Source of the DNA: a virus
Virus record (IMG/VR): IMGVR_UViG_3300005805_009577
Location: 1 to 64,000 of that record
Reading direction: 5' to 3' (one strand)
Length of the DNA stretch: 64,000 nucleotides
The notes under the pieces were generated by a model. That model saw only the letters and a program-made list of their open reading frames with translations. It ran no database searches and was not told the origin of the DNA. Below, one piece after another: positions 56,092 to 64,000 of this stretch (position 1 is its first letter; each line of letters begins with the position of its first letter). The position numbers were made by a program, and so were the translations under genes.

Positions 56092-56580
56092 ATGAACAAA
56101 ATTTATGAAAAATTGATTAAAGACGGTTATTGTCATGTATCTTATAAACATCATCCTAAAAAAATTAAAGATTCTATAAAGTTTGCCCGTTTTAGACCGA
56201 TGGCCAAACAATGTTTTTCAAACTCGCAAAAATTGGTAACAAGACAGAATATTTATAATCTGTATTACGCAGAAGGAATTGTTACAGGGGGTATTATTCC
56301 TTTTGAACATGCCTGGGTTATTGATGAAAAAGAAAATCATTATGATATAACGCTTGATCCCATGCCTAAAATTTTGTGTTATAAAAAGTATGATAAAAGT
56401 GTCGTTATAGAAAACATGAGAAAAACTATGTCATACACAGGAATTAATTGGCCTTGGTTAGAAGTCATGAAAATGGCTCTGTTGATGGGCGTATCGATAG
56501 ATTGCGATGAAAAAGAAATTTATAAAAAGGTTAATGAACAATTTTCTTTTCTTAAAAAGATTAACGAGCGTATAGATTAG
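56092..56580 (+). CDS. Transglutaminase/papain-like Cys-His-Asp protein
   Basis: KQCFSNS...YAEG...FEHAWV...YDIT. Confidence 0.6.
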   Translation: MNKIYEKLIKDGYCHVSYKHHPKKIKDSIKFARFRPMAKQCFSNSQKLVTRQNIYNLYYAEGIVTGGIIPFEHAWVIDEKENHYDITLDPMPKILCYKKYDKSVVIENMRKTMSYTGINWPWLEVMKMALLMGVSIDCDEKEIYKKVNEQFSFLKKINERID

Positions 56581-56989
56581 AAGTGCAATTTGGACATTTT
56601 TTTGCATATTTGCTTATTTCGCTCATGCAAAACTCACAGCATTTTTTATTTTCTTTTATATTTATTACTTTGCCTAAAAGCTTAACGTATACAATATAAA
56701 GAATGATGCTTGTTACTAAAAGTTCAAAAAAACTACTAAAAAAATTTCCTAATTCTATTTTTATATTTTTGTCTAACTGAATAGCAAAGCTAGACATCAT
56801 GCTGTTGGGCTTTATAAGTATGAAGTTTATTATTGGTTTGACTAAATTATTGCTTATTGAATTAACAACGTTATTTATTGAAGCACCTAGTAGAAAAGCG
56901 ATGCTCATTTTTATTATATCGCCTCTAAAAGCAAATTTTTTATATTGATTGATTTCTTCTATAGCAATGAATTCTCGTTTATTTTTCAC
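56561..56989 (-). CDS. mscL: Large-conductance mechanosensitive channel with a C-terminal zinc ribbon
   Basis: YKKFAFRGDIIKMSIAFLLGAS...LVKPII...LGNF; CEFCMSEI...KCPNCT; probable GTG start. Confidence 0.85.
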   Translation of the reverse strand: MKNKREFIAIEEINQYKKFAFRGDIIKMSIAFLLGASINNVVNSISNNLVKPIINFILIKPNSMMSSFAIQLDKNIKIELGNFFSSFFELLVTSIILYIVYVKLLGKVINIKENKKCCEFCMSEISKYAKKCPNCTSNLYAR

Positions 56990-57146
56990 AATTATATATA
57001 TAATTTTTTTAGCAAAGAATATTTTTCCAAGAACTTGAACCAAACCAGAAATTTATCGTATACTCAGTTATGAGCTTTGTTTTTTTTCGGTAAACAAAGC
57101 AGCGTCAATGCTAAAAGTTCTGGAGGTTTAACCAAGGAGATCAAAA

Positions 57147-57407
57147 ATGAAAAAGCTTGATGTCACTTACGAAAAAAATGGTAAAAAAGTTTCTGACTCG
57201 CTTTGTGCAAAAGACATAAAAAAGCTTTTAAAAGATGTTGTAAGAATACAGATATCTACTAGATATGAGTCTGTGGACATCAAAGATTCCATAGAAAATT
57301 TTCTTAAGAATTATAAGAAATATGGAATTAAAAATTTAGCTAGCAAATATAATTCGAACGAGACAGACATAAAAGACAAACTTATGTCTTTAGGAGTATC
57401 CGGCTAG
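57147..57407 (+). CDS. Hypothetical protein
   Basis: AAGGAG RBS. Confidence 0.65.
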   Translation: MKKLDVTYEKNGKKVSDSLCAKDIKKLLKDVVRIQISTRYESVDIKDSIENFLKNYKKYGIKNLASKYNSNETDIKDKLMSLGVSG

Positions 57408-57436
57408 TATTATAAAAAAATTTAAAAGATAAAAGT

Positions 57437-57482
57437 GGTACGCTAACTCTAGGGTCACGGAGCGGCCCTAGAGTTAGCGTAC
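57437..57482 (+). promoter_or_regulatory. RGTACG motif, copy 11, forming the base of a 17-bp perfect inverted repeat
   Basis: GTACGCTAACTCTAGGG (57438-54) / CCCTAGAGTTAGCGTAC (57466-82). Confidence 0.65.
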
Positions 57483-57507
57483 TGTTACTTATACAGGAAA
57501 AAATATA

Positions 57508-57990
57508 ATGACTATTAATGATTGTAGAGTAGGAATGAGAGTTTTTTTTGGTCGAGAAACAGGCGAAAAAACGACCGGCACTGTTGTAAAGATAAATGGC
57601 AAAAAAGCCAAAGTTAGAACAGATGAATCTCGTGGAAAGTTTCCGGCTGGCTCAGTTTGGAGTGTTCCTTATTCAATGCTTGAGCCTTTAGATTGTGCGA
57701 AGGATGAAGTAAATCTTGTCCGTCAGCCGATTCAGCCAATCGAATACTCTCCGTTTCAGGATAGAGTAGAGCAGTTGGCACTTGAAGCTATTGCTTGTTG
57801 CTATAATGGCTTAAGCCCGGAAAATTTATCTTGTGATGGCGAGGCACCTATGTATTTGATAAATCAAAAAAGAGCCAAGCTAAACAAGCAGCTTAAAGGC
57901 TTGTTTGCAGTCATAGGTAGAGAAGTTGATGAAATGACTGTTTATAATTGGCTTGATCAAAAAAGAAGCAGAAGCACAGAATATGAATAA
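57508..57990 (+). CDS. Phage protein with an SH3/KOW-like N-terminus
   Basis: VGMRVFFG...GTVVKINGKKAKV; LSPENLSCDGE. Confidence 0.7.
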   Translation: MTINDCRVGMRVFFGRETGEKTTGTVVKINGKKAKVRTDESRGKFPAGSVWSVPYSMLEPLDCAKDEVNLVRQPIQPIEYSPFQDRVEQLALEAIACCYNGLSPENLSCDGEAPMYLINQKRAKLNKQLKGLFAVIGREVDEMTVYNWLDQKRSRSTEYE

Positions 57991-58300
57991 AAAATTAAAT
58001 GTTTTTAAAGATTTCACTCTAGGTGATGTTCTAAATAGTATAAATGGTAAGTTTTTAGTTAGCGTGTCTAAAAACAATGAAGATTACTGCTTTTGCCAAG
58101 CAGTAATAGATGAAGCTGAAGAAAATGATGTTGGGTTTTTTGATGGCAGTAATTGTGTGCGTTGTCTTTCTTCAAAAGATGTTCTTAAATTAATTGATCA
58201 TAATGTTTTTAAAGTGATAAAAACAGAGCCTGTCGATTCCGATTATAATATTGGAGTTGTTTTAACTTTTTATTCATTAAAGCCGTATAGTTTTGTTTAG
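57983..58300 (+). CDS. Hypothetical protein
   Basis: ATG overlapping the upstream stop. Confidence 0.6.
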   Translation: MNKKLNVFKDFTLGDVLNSINGKFLVSVSKNNEDYCFCQAVIDEAEENDVGFFDGSNCVRCLSSKDVLKLIDHNVFKVIKTEPVDSDYNIGVVLTFYSLKPYSFV

Positions 58301-58309
58301 GAGAAATAA

Positions 58310-58729
58310 ATGTATAAGAAAAACAGAGCAGAGCCCAAAATTATAGTAAACAAAGTTTATGGCGATAAGTCAAATATAAAATTTTCTGTTTTGCTTGAAG
58401 GCGAAATAGATTGGAATGAATTTTTCGGAATGGAAAAAGCAGAAGACAGTTCTCTTTGTCACGAAAGATCCGAATTTCGTTATGGAGATGATTCTTTCTC
58501 TCAAAGTCTTGTTACCTTTATTTTAAGGGTTGCAAGCTATCAAGATGACTATGGCTTGTTTAAAAAGGCAACACTAACTAAACTAGAAGTTTGCAAAGAA
58601 GTTGAAGAATCATATCAAGAGTTCAGAAATCAAGTGGCTTCAAAAGAAAAAGCCAAAAAACTTGATCAATTAAAAGAAGCTGAAAAAGAAGTTGCTAGAT
58701 TAAAAAAAGAAGTTCTAAAAGAATTTTAA
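58310..58729 (+). CDS. Hypothetical protein
   Basis: AGGAG RBS. Confidence 0.65.
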   Translation: MYKKNRAEPKIIVNKVYGDKSNIKFSVLLEGEIDWNEFFGMEKAEDSSLCHERSEFRYGDDSFSQSLVTFILRVASYQDDYGLFKKATLTKLEVCKEVEESYQEFRNQVASKEKAKKLDQLKEAEKEVARLKKEVLKEF

Positions 58730-58999
58730 ATGAATAAATTAAATAGTTTTAAAAAAGATCCTTTATGGAATGTTTTAAAAATTTTACCCACCGACTATAG
58801 TTGTTACGGCGGAGAAGTTGCAAGATGGGAAGATGATAAAAAGTCTTATCCAGATTGCAGTTGTGGGTGTAGATATTTTGTTGAATTAAGCGGAAAAAGA
58901 GGTGCTGACTGGGGCGTTTGTTCTAATGAAAATAGCCCCAGGGCAGGTCTTTTAACTTGGGAACATCAAGCCGGTTTTGGTTGCTTTGTTGAAGAATAA
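58730..58999 (+). CDS. Cys-rich protein, DUF3027-like
   Basis: DCSCGCRYF..L.G..GADWGVCSNENSPRAGLLTWEH. Confidence 0.6.
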   Translation: MNKLNSFKKDPLWNVLKILPTDYSCYGGEVARWEDDKKSYPDCSCGCRYFVELSGKRGADWGVCSNENSPRAGLLTWEHQAGFGCFVEE

Positions 59000-59000
59000 T

Positions 59001-59981
59001 ATGCCAGTTAAATATAAGAGCATTTTGCTGCGGGAAAACCAGTCTGTGGTTTTTAAGCTAGATAATAAAATTATAGAAAAGTTTGATAATTTTATTTATT
59101 TGCCAAGTGCTATGAATGCTTGCAACTTACTTCACAAGCATTTTAAAGCACAAGAAGTAGAAGACTACATAAAACAAACTTTGGGAGAAAATGCTACAAC
59201 GCTAGATTTGTTTAAAAATAAAGAGAACCAAGAAGAAGACTCCAGAGAAATTAGAAAAAAATATAAACTTCGTGCCTATAGAGGTTTTATTTCTAAATTT
59301 GGAATTAGCCCTTTAAACTTTAAAAGAGTATTTAATGCAATAATGTTAGAAATTTGGGCTGTGAAGCCGTATTTCTCTAGGTATTGTTATAATAAATATC
59401 GAATAAATGAAGATCTTTTAAAGAAAGTTCATAAAAACTTAAGTCTAATGAATAGTGCAAGAGACAAAGGTCTCGATAACATAGTTCCTTTTATTTTATA
59501 TTCTGGATTGTCCGCTAGTTCATTAAAAAAATTATTCGGAGCTAGTTTGTGGAAAAAATTAATATCTAACAGCCATCATAAAAACCACCTAATAGCCAAG
59601 AGGGTTTCTTATTCTCTTGATCTTTGCAGCAACAGTAAGGCAAAAGTAATAGGCAAAAGAAAAGAGTTGCTAACTTCATTAGAGTATTTTAATAAATTAC
59701 CATCTACTATATTAGAAGTTCCTCACTTCTTTGGTTTAAGCGATCCAGAAAAAGATACTATTTTTTCTCTATTAAATTGTTTAAAGGTTAAAGAGGTTGC
59801 AGAAGAATTAAATGATGGTCATTGGAGGGTTGGCGGTCTTTATACAACTATTTTTGAAACTATAAAACGATCAAAGGAATTAAACAAGAAATATTCTATT
59901 AATTGGACAAAAGAAGATTGGATCAAAAAATACGAAGAATACAAAGTTTTAGAATTTTACTCTACCAGCTTCAATAAATGA
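59001..59981 (+). CDS. Hypothetical protein
   Basis: 326-aa ORF. Confidence 0.65.
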   Translation: MPVKYKSILLRENQSVVFKLDNKIIEKFDNFIYLPSAMNACNLLHKHFKAQEVEDYIKQTLGENATTLDLFKNKENQEEDSREIRKKYKLRAYRGFISKFGISPLNFKRVFNAIMLEIWAVKPYFSRYCYNKYRINEDLLKKVHKNLSLMNSARDKGLDNIVPFILYSGLSASSLKKLFGASLWKKLISNSHHKNHLIAKRVSYSLDLCSNSKAKVIGKRKELLTSLEYFNKLPSTILEVPHFFGLSDPEKDTIFSLLNCLKVKEVAEELNDGHWRVGGLYTTIFETIKRSKELNKKYSINWTKEDWIKKYEEYKVLEFYSTSFNK

Positions 59982-60003
59982 TTATCTGTAAAGGTGTGAT
60001 TAA

Positions 60004-60330
60004 ATGAACAACATATTAAAAGTTTTTAAGAATATGTCTGAAGAAGAAAAAAGGAAAGAAGTTGAAAAATTAGAACAAAAGTTTCCAGCTAATAGTCCTG
60101 GCTGGGAATTTAAGTTTAATAGAGCAGACGAAATAAACCTTTATATAGGTAGAATAATTAGCATTTTAGACGAATTTGGAGAAACTAACGACTGGTCGAA
60201 GTATATTTGCTATTCTGTGGATGAAACAGCAAAAAATTATGAAAAATTGGTTCTTAGGTTTGTAAAAGAGTATAAGCCTGAGTTGTTTTCTTACTACATG
60301 GAATACTATGGTATCGAGGAAAAAAATTAA
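60004..60330 (+). CDS. Hypothetical protein
   Basis: AAGGTG RBS. Confidence 0.6.
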   Translation: MNNILKVFKNMSEEEKRKEVEKLEQKFPANSPGWEFKFNRADEINLYIGRIISILDEFGETNDWSKYICYSVDETAKNYEKLVLRFVKEYKPELFSYYMEYYGIEEKN

Positions 60331-60345
60331 ATTGGAGGTATTTTT

Positions 60346-60573
60346 ATGAAAGTTATCAAAGTACTGTTGGTCTCTATTTGTTTTTTTGGTATTAACACTT
60401 ATGCCGGTGGCTTTACAAACAAGCCCATTAGAAGCATATTGCAAGATATTAAAGAGCGAGGAAAGTGCAGACGTATAGCAGTTGAGGGGACTTCTGTTCG
60501 GGTTCATTTTATGAACTCCGAGGATGCAAGGATATTTGCCAATGATCTTGTTGATTTAATCAACGAAGAATAA
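60346..60573 (+). CDS. Small secreted protein
   Basis: GGAGG RBS; signal peptide. Confidence 0.65.
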   Translation: MKVIKVLLVSICFFGINTYAGGFTNKPIRSILQDIKERGKCRRIAVEGTSVRVHFMNSEDARIFANDLVDLINEE

Positions 60574-60601
60574 AACTAATAATTATTTTATTTTTTTATT
60601 G

Positions 60602-60607
60602 GGTACG
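60602..60607 (+). promoter_or_regulatory. RGTACG motif, copy 12
   Basis: TTTTTTTATTG-GGTACG, 15 nt before ATG 60623, which has no SD. Confidence 0.55.
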
Positions 60608-60622
60608 TCGTAGTGTTGTCCT

Positions 60623-61132
60623 ATGAAAGAAAAAGTTTTTATAAACAATGTTGAACATGAAATAGAAGTTCAGCCTGTTACTTTGGTTTATAATTCGACT
60701 CATTATGATACCGCTTATCAGAGAATAATGATCACACCTGAAATGACACTGAATCATTTCAAGGAAGCAAAAGATGTAAATGTTTATGAAGAGTGCTTTT
60801 TTAGACTAGTGATCACAGATTATAAAGAAAAATTTAATAAAGAAAATTTAAATAATTGCAATGTAGGAATTAAGCATATTTTTGGTTTAGTTTCTTTAAC
60901 ATTAAAATTATTTATTGAGAAAAAAAAATTTGGCTGGAGACACCCAGAAAGCTTTGTTCATCCTAAATACCAAGGAAACATAGCAGATCTTTTAATTTTA
61001 ATGAATACTCCGGATATGTTTATAAAATTTATAAATAACATTAAAAATGGAAGATTGTTAAATTGTGAAGATGTTCATGATAAATTTTTCAATGTAATTT
61101 GTTGCGAAAAATTGGAAAGTTTTGTAAAATAA
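60623..61132 (+). CDS. Hypothetical protein
   Basis: HPESFVHPKYQ resembles the AAA_21/SbcC-type PExxLHP motif; otherwise unknown. Confidence 0.6.
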   Translation: MKEKVFINNVEHEIEVQPVTLVYNSTHYDTAYQRIMITPEMTLNHFKEAKDVNVYEECFFRLVITDYKEKFNKENLNNCNVGIKHIFGLVSLTLKLFIEKKKFGWRHPESFVHPKYQGNIADLLILMNTPDMFIKFINNIKNGRLLNCEDVHDKFFNVICCEKLESFVK

Positions 61133-61139
61133 TTCGGAC

Positions 61140-61211
61140 GGCCCCATAGTTAAATGGATATAACAACTGCCTTCTAAGCAGTTATTAGAGGTTCGATTCC
61201 TCTTGGGGCTA
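61140..61211 (+). tRNA. tRNA-Arg(TCT)
   Basis: GGCCCCA/TGGGGCT, GTTA-AATGGATA-TAAC, ACTGC-CTTCTAA-GCAGT, AGAGG-TTCGATT-CCTCT. Confidence 0.9.
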
Positions 61212-61222
61212 TTAAAAATATC

Positions 61223-61558
61223 ATGGAAGAAATTAACAAAAGAAGAGTAGAAGTAAATAAGTTTGCACTTCTATTATTAGACCACATACAGAATCATAAA
61301 TTTTATAATAAAATAAATCACATTTATCCAAACATAGACGTATCTATTAAGTCTAGCATAAAAGAAGATGATTACAAAATAAAACATCATCTTCATGCCA
61401 AATTTGCAGAAAAAATGAATGAAATTAATTATGAAACTCTTTGTGAAATAGCTTGTGATGTAAAAAAAATTACTGGCGAAGATTTGCCCAGAGATATTCA
61501 CAATAGAATAATTTTTGGTAAGATGAATGAGGCCACGAGAGATTACATTAAAATTTAA
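61223..61558 (+). CDS. Hypothetical protein
   Basis: 111-aa ORF. Confidence 0.6.
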   Translation: MEEINKRRVEVNKFALLLLDHIQNHKFYNKINHIYPNIDVSIKSSIKEDDYKIKHHLHAKFAEKMNEINYETLCEIACDVKKITGEDLPRDIHNRIIFGKMNEATRDYIKI

Positions 61559-61562
61559 AAAA

Positions 61563-61748
61563 ATGTCTATTTGTCCCACAACTGGTAAAAACCAATATAA
61601 AAATGAACAGGATGCACAATCCGGACTAACTAAATATAAAGAGCGTATGCCTTCTTATGAAGGCGAGGCTTATTATTGTCTTTATTGTGGAAGTTATCAT
61701 TTTGGAAGATCTAAAGAAAATCAAAAAAATAAATTAAAGAAAAATTAA
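61563..61748 (+). CDS. Small Zn-finger-like phage protein
   Basis: CPTTGKNQY...AYYCLYCGSYHFG. Confidence 0.65.
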   Translation: MSICPTTGKNQYKNEQDAQSGLTKYKERMPSYEGEAYYCLYCGSYHFGRSKENQKNKLKKN

Positions 61749-61776
61749 ATACACTTTTGGCAAGGCAAGTATAAGA

Positions 61777-62163
61777 ATGATTAAACAAATAATTGTTATG
61801 AGGCGTAATTATCCTGATGGCAAGGGCGGATTTAAAAATTTAAGAACTGGCAAACTGATCGCCCAGGGAAGTCATGCAAGCATGGCTTTTATAACTAAAA
61901 GAATTGCTAAAAAAGAAGACTTAACCCCAGTTCAAAAAGAGTGGCTAGATAATAGTTTTGTTAAAATTTGCGTTTATGTGGAAAGCGAAGAAGAACTTTT
62001 AGAAATCCACAAAAAAGCACAAGAAATGAATGTAGAGTCACATCTAGTTACCGACAAAGGCTTAACCGAATTTAATGGAGTTCCCACAAATACATGTATT
62101 GCCCTAGGTCCAGAAAAATCAGAAATTTTAGATACCATTACTGGCAATCTTAAACTGCTTTAA
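61777..62163 (+). CDS. pth2: Peptidyl-tRNA hydrolase 2 (Pth2 family)
   Basis: KQIIVMR, GKLIAQGSHAS, KICV, LVTDKGLTE, TCIALGP. Confidence 0.92.
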   Translation: MIKQIIVMRRNYPDGKGGFKNLRTGKLIAQGSHASMAFITKRIAKKEDLTPVQKEWLDNSFVKICVYVESEEELLEIHKKAQEMNVESHLVTDKGLTEFNGVPTNTCIALGPEKSEILDTITGNLKLL

Positions 62164-62170
62164 AAAATTT

Positions 62171-62593
62171 ATGAAAGAAGAACTTCAAAAAGAACTTTAC
62201 AGTAGTTATCCTGTCTTGTTTTCTAATAAAGACAAGTCTGTACAAGAAAGTTGCATGGCTTGGGGAATAGAAACCGGTGCGGGATGGTTTGATATTTTAA
62301 AAAGCCTTTGTTATGAAATAAAGCAATATGAAGAGCATTTAGTCAATGAATCCTCACAGAGATATAAAAAAGATTATGTTCCTGTAAAGTTTGACCAAAT
62401 TAAAGAAAAATTTGGTGGACTGAGAATCTACTATTCAGGCGGCGATGATTTTATTGATGGATTAATTTCTATGGCGGAAGCAATTAGTTATAAAACCTGC
62501 GAGTCTTGTGGCAACAAAGGAAAGCCAAATGAAAGCGGTTGGATTGTAACTCTTTGCGAAGATTGCAGGAATAAAAATGAAAGTAGAATTTAA
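62171..62593 (+). CDS. Hypothetical phage protein
   Basis: GAGWFDIL...QIKEKFGGLRIY...TCESCG...TLC. Confidence 0.75.
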   Translation: MKEELQKELYSSYPVLFSNKDKSVQESCMAWGIETGAGWFDILKSLCYEIKQYEEHLVNESSQRYKKDYVPVKFDQIKEKFGGLRIYYSGGDDFIDGLISMAEAISYKTCESCGNKGKPNESGWIVTLCEDCRNKNESRI

Positions 62594-63221
62594 CTTAAAA
62601 GATTTCGAAAACGATAAGCATTGGCTTCTTAGAACTCTTAGTGTTTTAAAAAGAAAAAATAAATTTAAAAGAACTAAAGAGTCTGATGAATTTTTTGTAA
62701 AGTCGCCTGCACTAGCATTTAAATATGTAGAAAGTCTAGTTAGCGAATATAAGGGCTATGACATCAGAAGTGATAAAACGATATATAAGAACACTAGGAT
62801 TAATAGACTTTCGCCAGAACTAGAAAAAGTTTTTTCTAGAAGTCCTAAATATGCTTTAAAATATCTCATTATTACAAATCAAAAAAGATTTAAAGACAAT
62901 AATTTGAATGAAAAGTTTACTAATAAACTCTACAGTCAGCCTTTTTTATCTTTTGTTTACTCTTCAAGAATTCTAGGCGGGAGAATTCCGTTTGATAAAG
63001 AAGAAGTCTTTCTTAAAGATTATAATGCTCTTTATCAATATGCCAAACAAATTATAAAAGGAAGATTCGAAGAAAAACTACATAATAAAATAAAAATGTT
63101 AGCTTTTTCAGAAGAAAATAAAAAGCGACCTGATTATAAATATTTAGAAAATTATATAAATTATATAGATGAGCCACAAGTATCAAGAAATGTAAGTACT
63201 TACTATGGAAAATATTTTTAA
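62577..63221 (+). CDS. Helical-repeat protein (YA..I.KGR repeats)
   Basis: SFVYSSRILGGRIP, LYQYAKQIIKGRF. Confidence 0.65.
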   Translation: MKVEFNLKDFENDKHWLLRTLSVLKRKNKFKRTKESDEFFVKSPALAFKYVESLVSEYKGYDIRSDKTIYKNTRINRLSPELEKVFSRSPKYALKYLIITNQKRFKDNNLNEKFTNKLYSQPFLSFVYSSRILGGRIPFDKEEVFLKDYNALYQYAKQIIKGRFEEKLHNKIKMLAFSEENKKRPDYKYLENYINYIDEPQVSRNVSTYYGKYF

Positions 63222-63479
63222 ATGACTTGGGTTTTTGAATATATATATTCAGCTTTATTTGTAAAGTCTTTTACTAAGTTTACATACATGGTCACAGAAA
63301 GATATTTTGGCGATATTAATAATTTTAATTATGGTAAAACTGTTATGGATTGTCTTAAAGATTGTAATCTTAAAAAATATAAAGAAATATCAGGCGGAGA
63401 GTATGACTGTAGTATTGGAGAAAAAGAAGAAAGAAATATACATAAAACTTTGCTATACTTAAAAAATAATTGGAGATGA
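63222..63479 (+). CDS. Hypothetical protein
   Basis: 85-aa coupled ORF. Confidence 0.55.
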   Translation: MTWVFEYIYSALFVKSFTKFTYMVTERYFGDINNFNYGKTVMDCLKDCNLKKYKEISGGEYDCSIGEKEERNIHKTLLYLKNNWR

Positions 63480-63483
63480 AAAT

Positions 63484-63735
63484 ATGAAAATTTTAAAACC
63501 AAAATTAGTTGATCAATTAGAAAATATAATTTGCGATGTTTGTGGAAACTTTTGCAAAAAAGAGTATAACATTGAATATGCTAAAATTATTGCAAATTGG
63601 GGATTTGAGACTAAAAAAGACGGACAGGTCTATGAAATAGATTTATGTGAAAATTGTTTTGATAAAACTTTGGAATTCATTAATTCTATTTCTAACAAAA
63701 AAATAGAAGCTAAAAACGATGAACTCACTTCTTAA
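63484..63735 (+). CDS. Small Zn-finger-like phage protein
   Basis: ICDVCG...WG..TKKDG...DLCENCF. Confidence 0.65.
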   Translation: MKILKPKLVDQLENIICDVCGNFCKKEYNIEYAKIIANWGFETKKDGQVYEIDLCENCFDKTLEFINSISNKKIEAKNDELTS

Positions 63736-63916
63736 AGGTTTTATGAGTCTGTTTAGTTGGATGGATTGCTATCATTCTCTTTCGCCAAAAGAAAGAGTTG
63801 ATGAAATTCTAGATGACTTTTACTCAGATCATCCTTGGATAGAAAGAAACGACCAAAAAGCTTTAGAAAATGACTTTAAGACTCTTGCACAAGAGCATAA
63901 AAACTATGAAACCTGA
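63719..63916 (+). CDS. Hypothetical protein
   Basis: 65-aa coupled ORF. Confidence 0.55.
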   Translation: MNSLLKGFMSLFSWMDCYHSLSPKERVDEILDDFYSDHPWIERNDQKALENDFKTLAQEHKNYET

Positions 63917-64000
63917 ATTTAAGATAGGCTCTGTATTAGTTTTTGAACCTAAAAATTTAAATCAAGAATATTGGGTTAAGCTTTCGCAAGAAGACAAAAT
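63906..64000 (+). CDS. 5' end of a CDS running off the window
   Basis: ATG 63906 MKPEFKIGSVLVFEP, open to the end. Confidence 0.55.
   Translation, partial: MKPEFKIGSVLVFEPKNLNQEYWVKLSQEDK

Noticed and set aside
7492-60607. TGGTACG resembles the sigma-54 -24 element (TGGCACG)
   Set aside because: None of the nine intergenic GGTACG copies has the required GC exactly 10 nt after the GG, so these are not sigma-54 promoters
60623-61132. Possible AAA/ABC ATPase from the HPESFVHP motif
   Set aside because: No Walker A or B motif is visible; the resemblance alone is too weak to assign function
380-61579. Many short antisense or overlapping ORFs in the track (e.g. 380-592, 5054-5302, 10031-10528, 20801-21055, 26755-27198, 34701-35159, 46741-47223, 61277-61579)
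   Set aside because: They lie opposite or inside well-supported genes, lack an RBS and motifs, and are shadow frames; the His/Leu-rich 20801 ORF is simply the reverse of the Asp/Glu repeat
1-64000. Stop-codon reassignment, as in some large phages
   Set aside because: Standard-code ORFs tile the window densely, and TAA, TAG and TGA all end genes at sensible boundaries
1-64000. Eukaryotic giant-virus origin, suggested by AT richness, glycosyltransferases and Pth2
   Set aside because: Shine-Dalgarno sites, coupled operons, sigma-70 promoters, a sigma factor, rIIA/B and bacterial-type tRNAs indicate a bacteriophage

Overview
This is a 64 kb segment of a strongly AT-rich, gene-dense large (jumbo/huge) bacteriophage genome. 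It uses the standard genetic code, is mostly + strand, and contains no capsid, tail or terminase genes, so it reads as an early/middle and accessory region. The host is probably a planctomycete, judging from a Planctomycetota-style sigma-70 and planctomycete-like secreted Cys-rich proteins. Recognisable content: SSB, GroES, an rIIA-like GHKL ATPase with an rIIB-PcfJ fusion, an SF2 helicase, a sigma factor, a TraR-like zinc finger, two ligase-family genes, two AAA+/VWA pairs, many glycan enzymes (GT2, GT11, GT6, sulfotransferases, a methyltransferase), TilS next to tRNA-Ile2, Pth2, MscL and thioredoxin. There are five tRNAs (Ser-GCT, Leu-TAA, Ile2-CAT, Arg-TCT and an intron-split tRNA best read as Asn-GTT), and two of them are followed directly by HNH genes. 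The most notable signals are: (1) a 62-nt structured intron inside a tRNA anticodon, next to a catalytic-core-only ligase and an HNH gene; (2) an RGTACG motif found at 12 intergenic operon starts, a candidate phage-specific promoter; (3) T4 capsid-targeting-like N-termini on a flavoprotein and a kinase; (4) a TilS/tRNA set suited to AT-rich codons. All family assignments come from motif recognition by eye, not from database searches.
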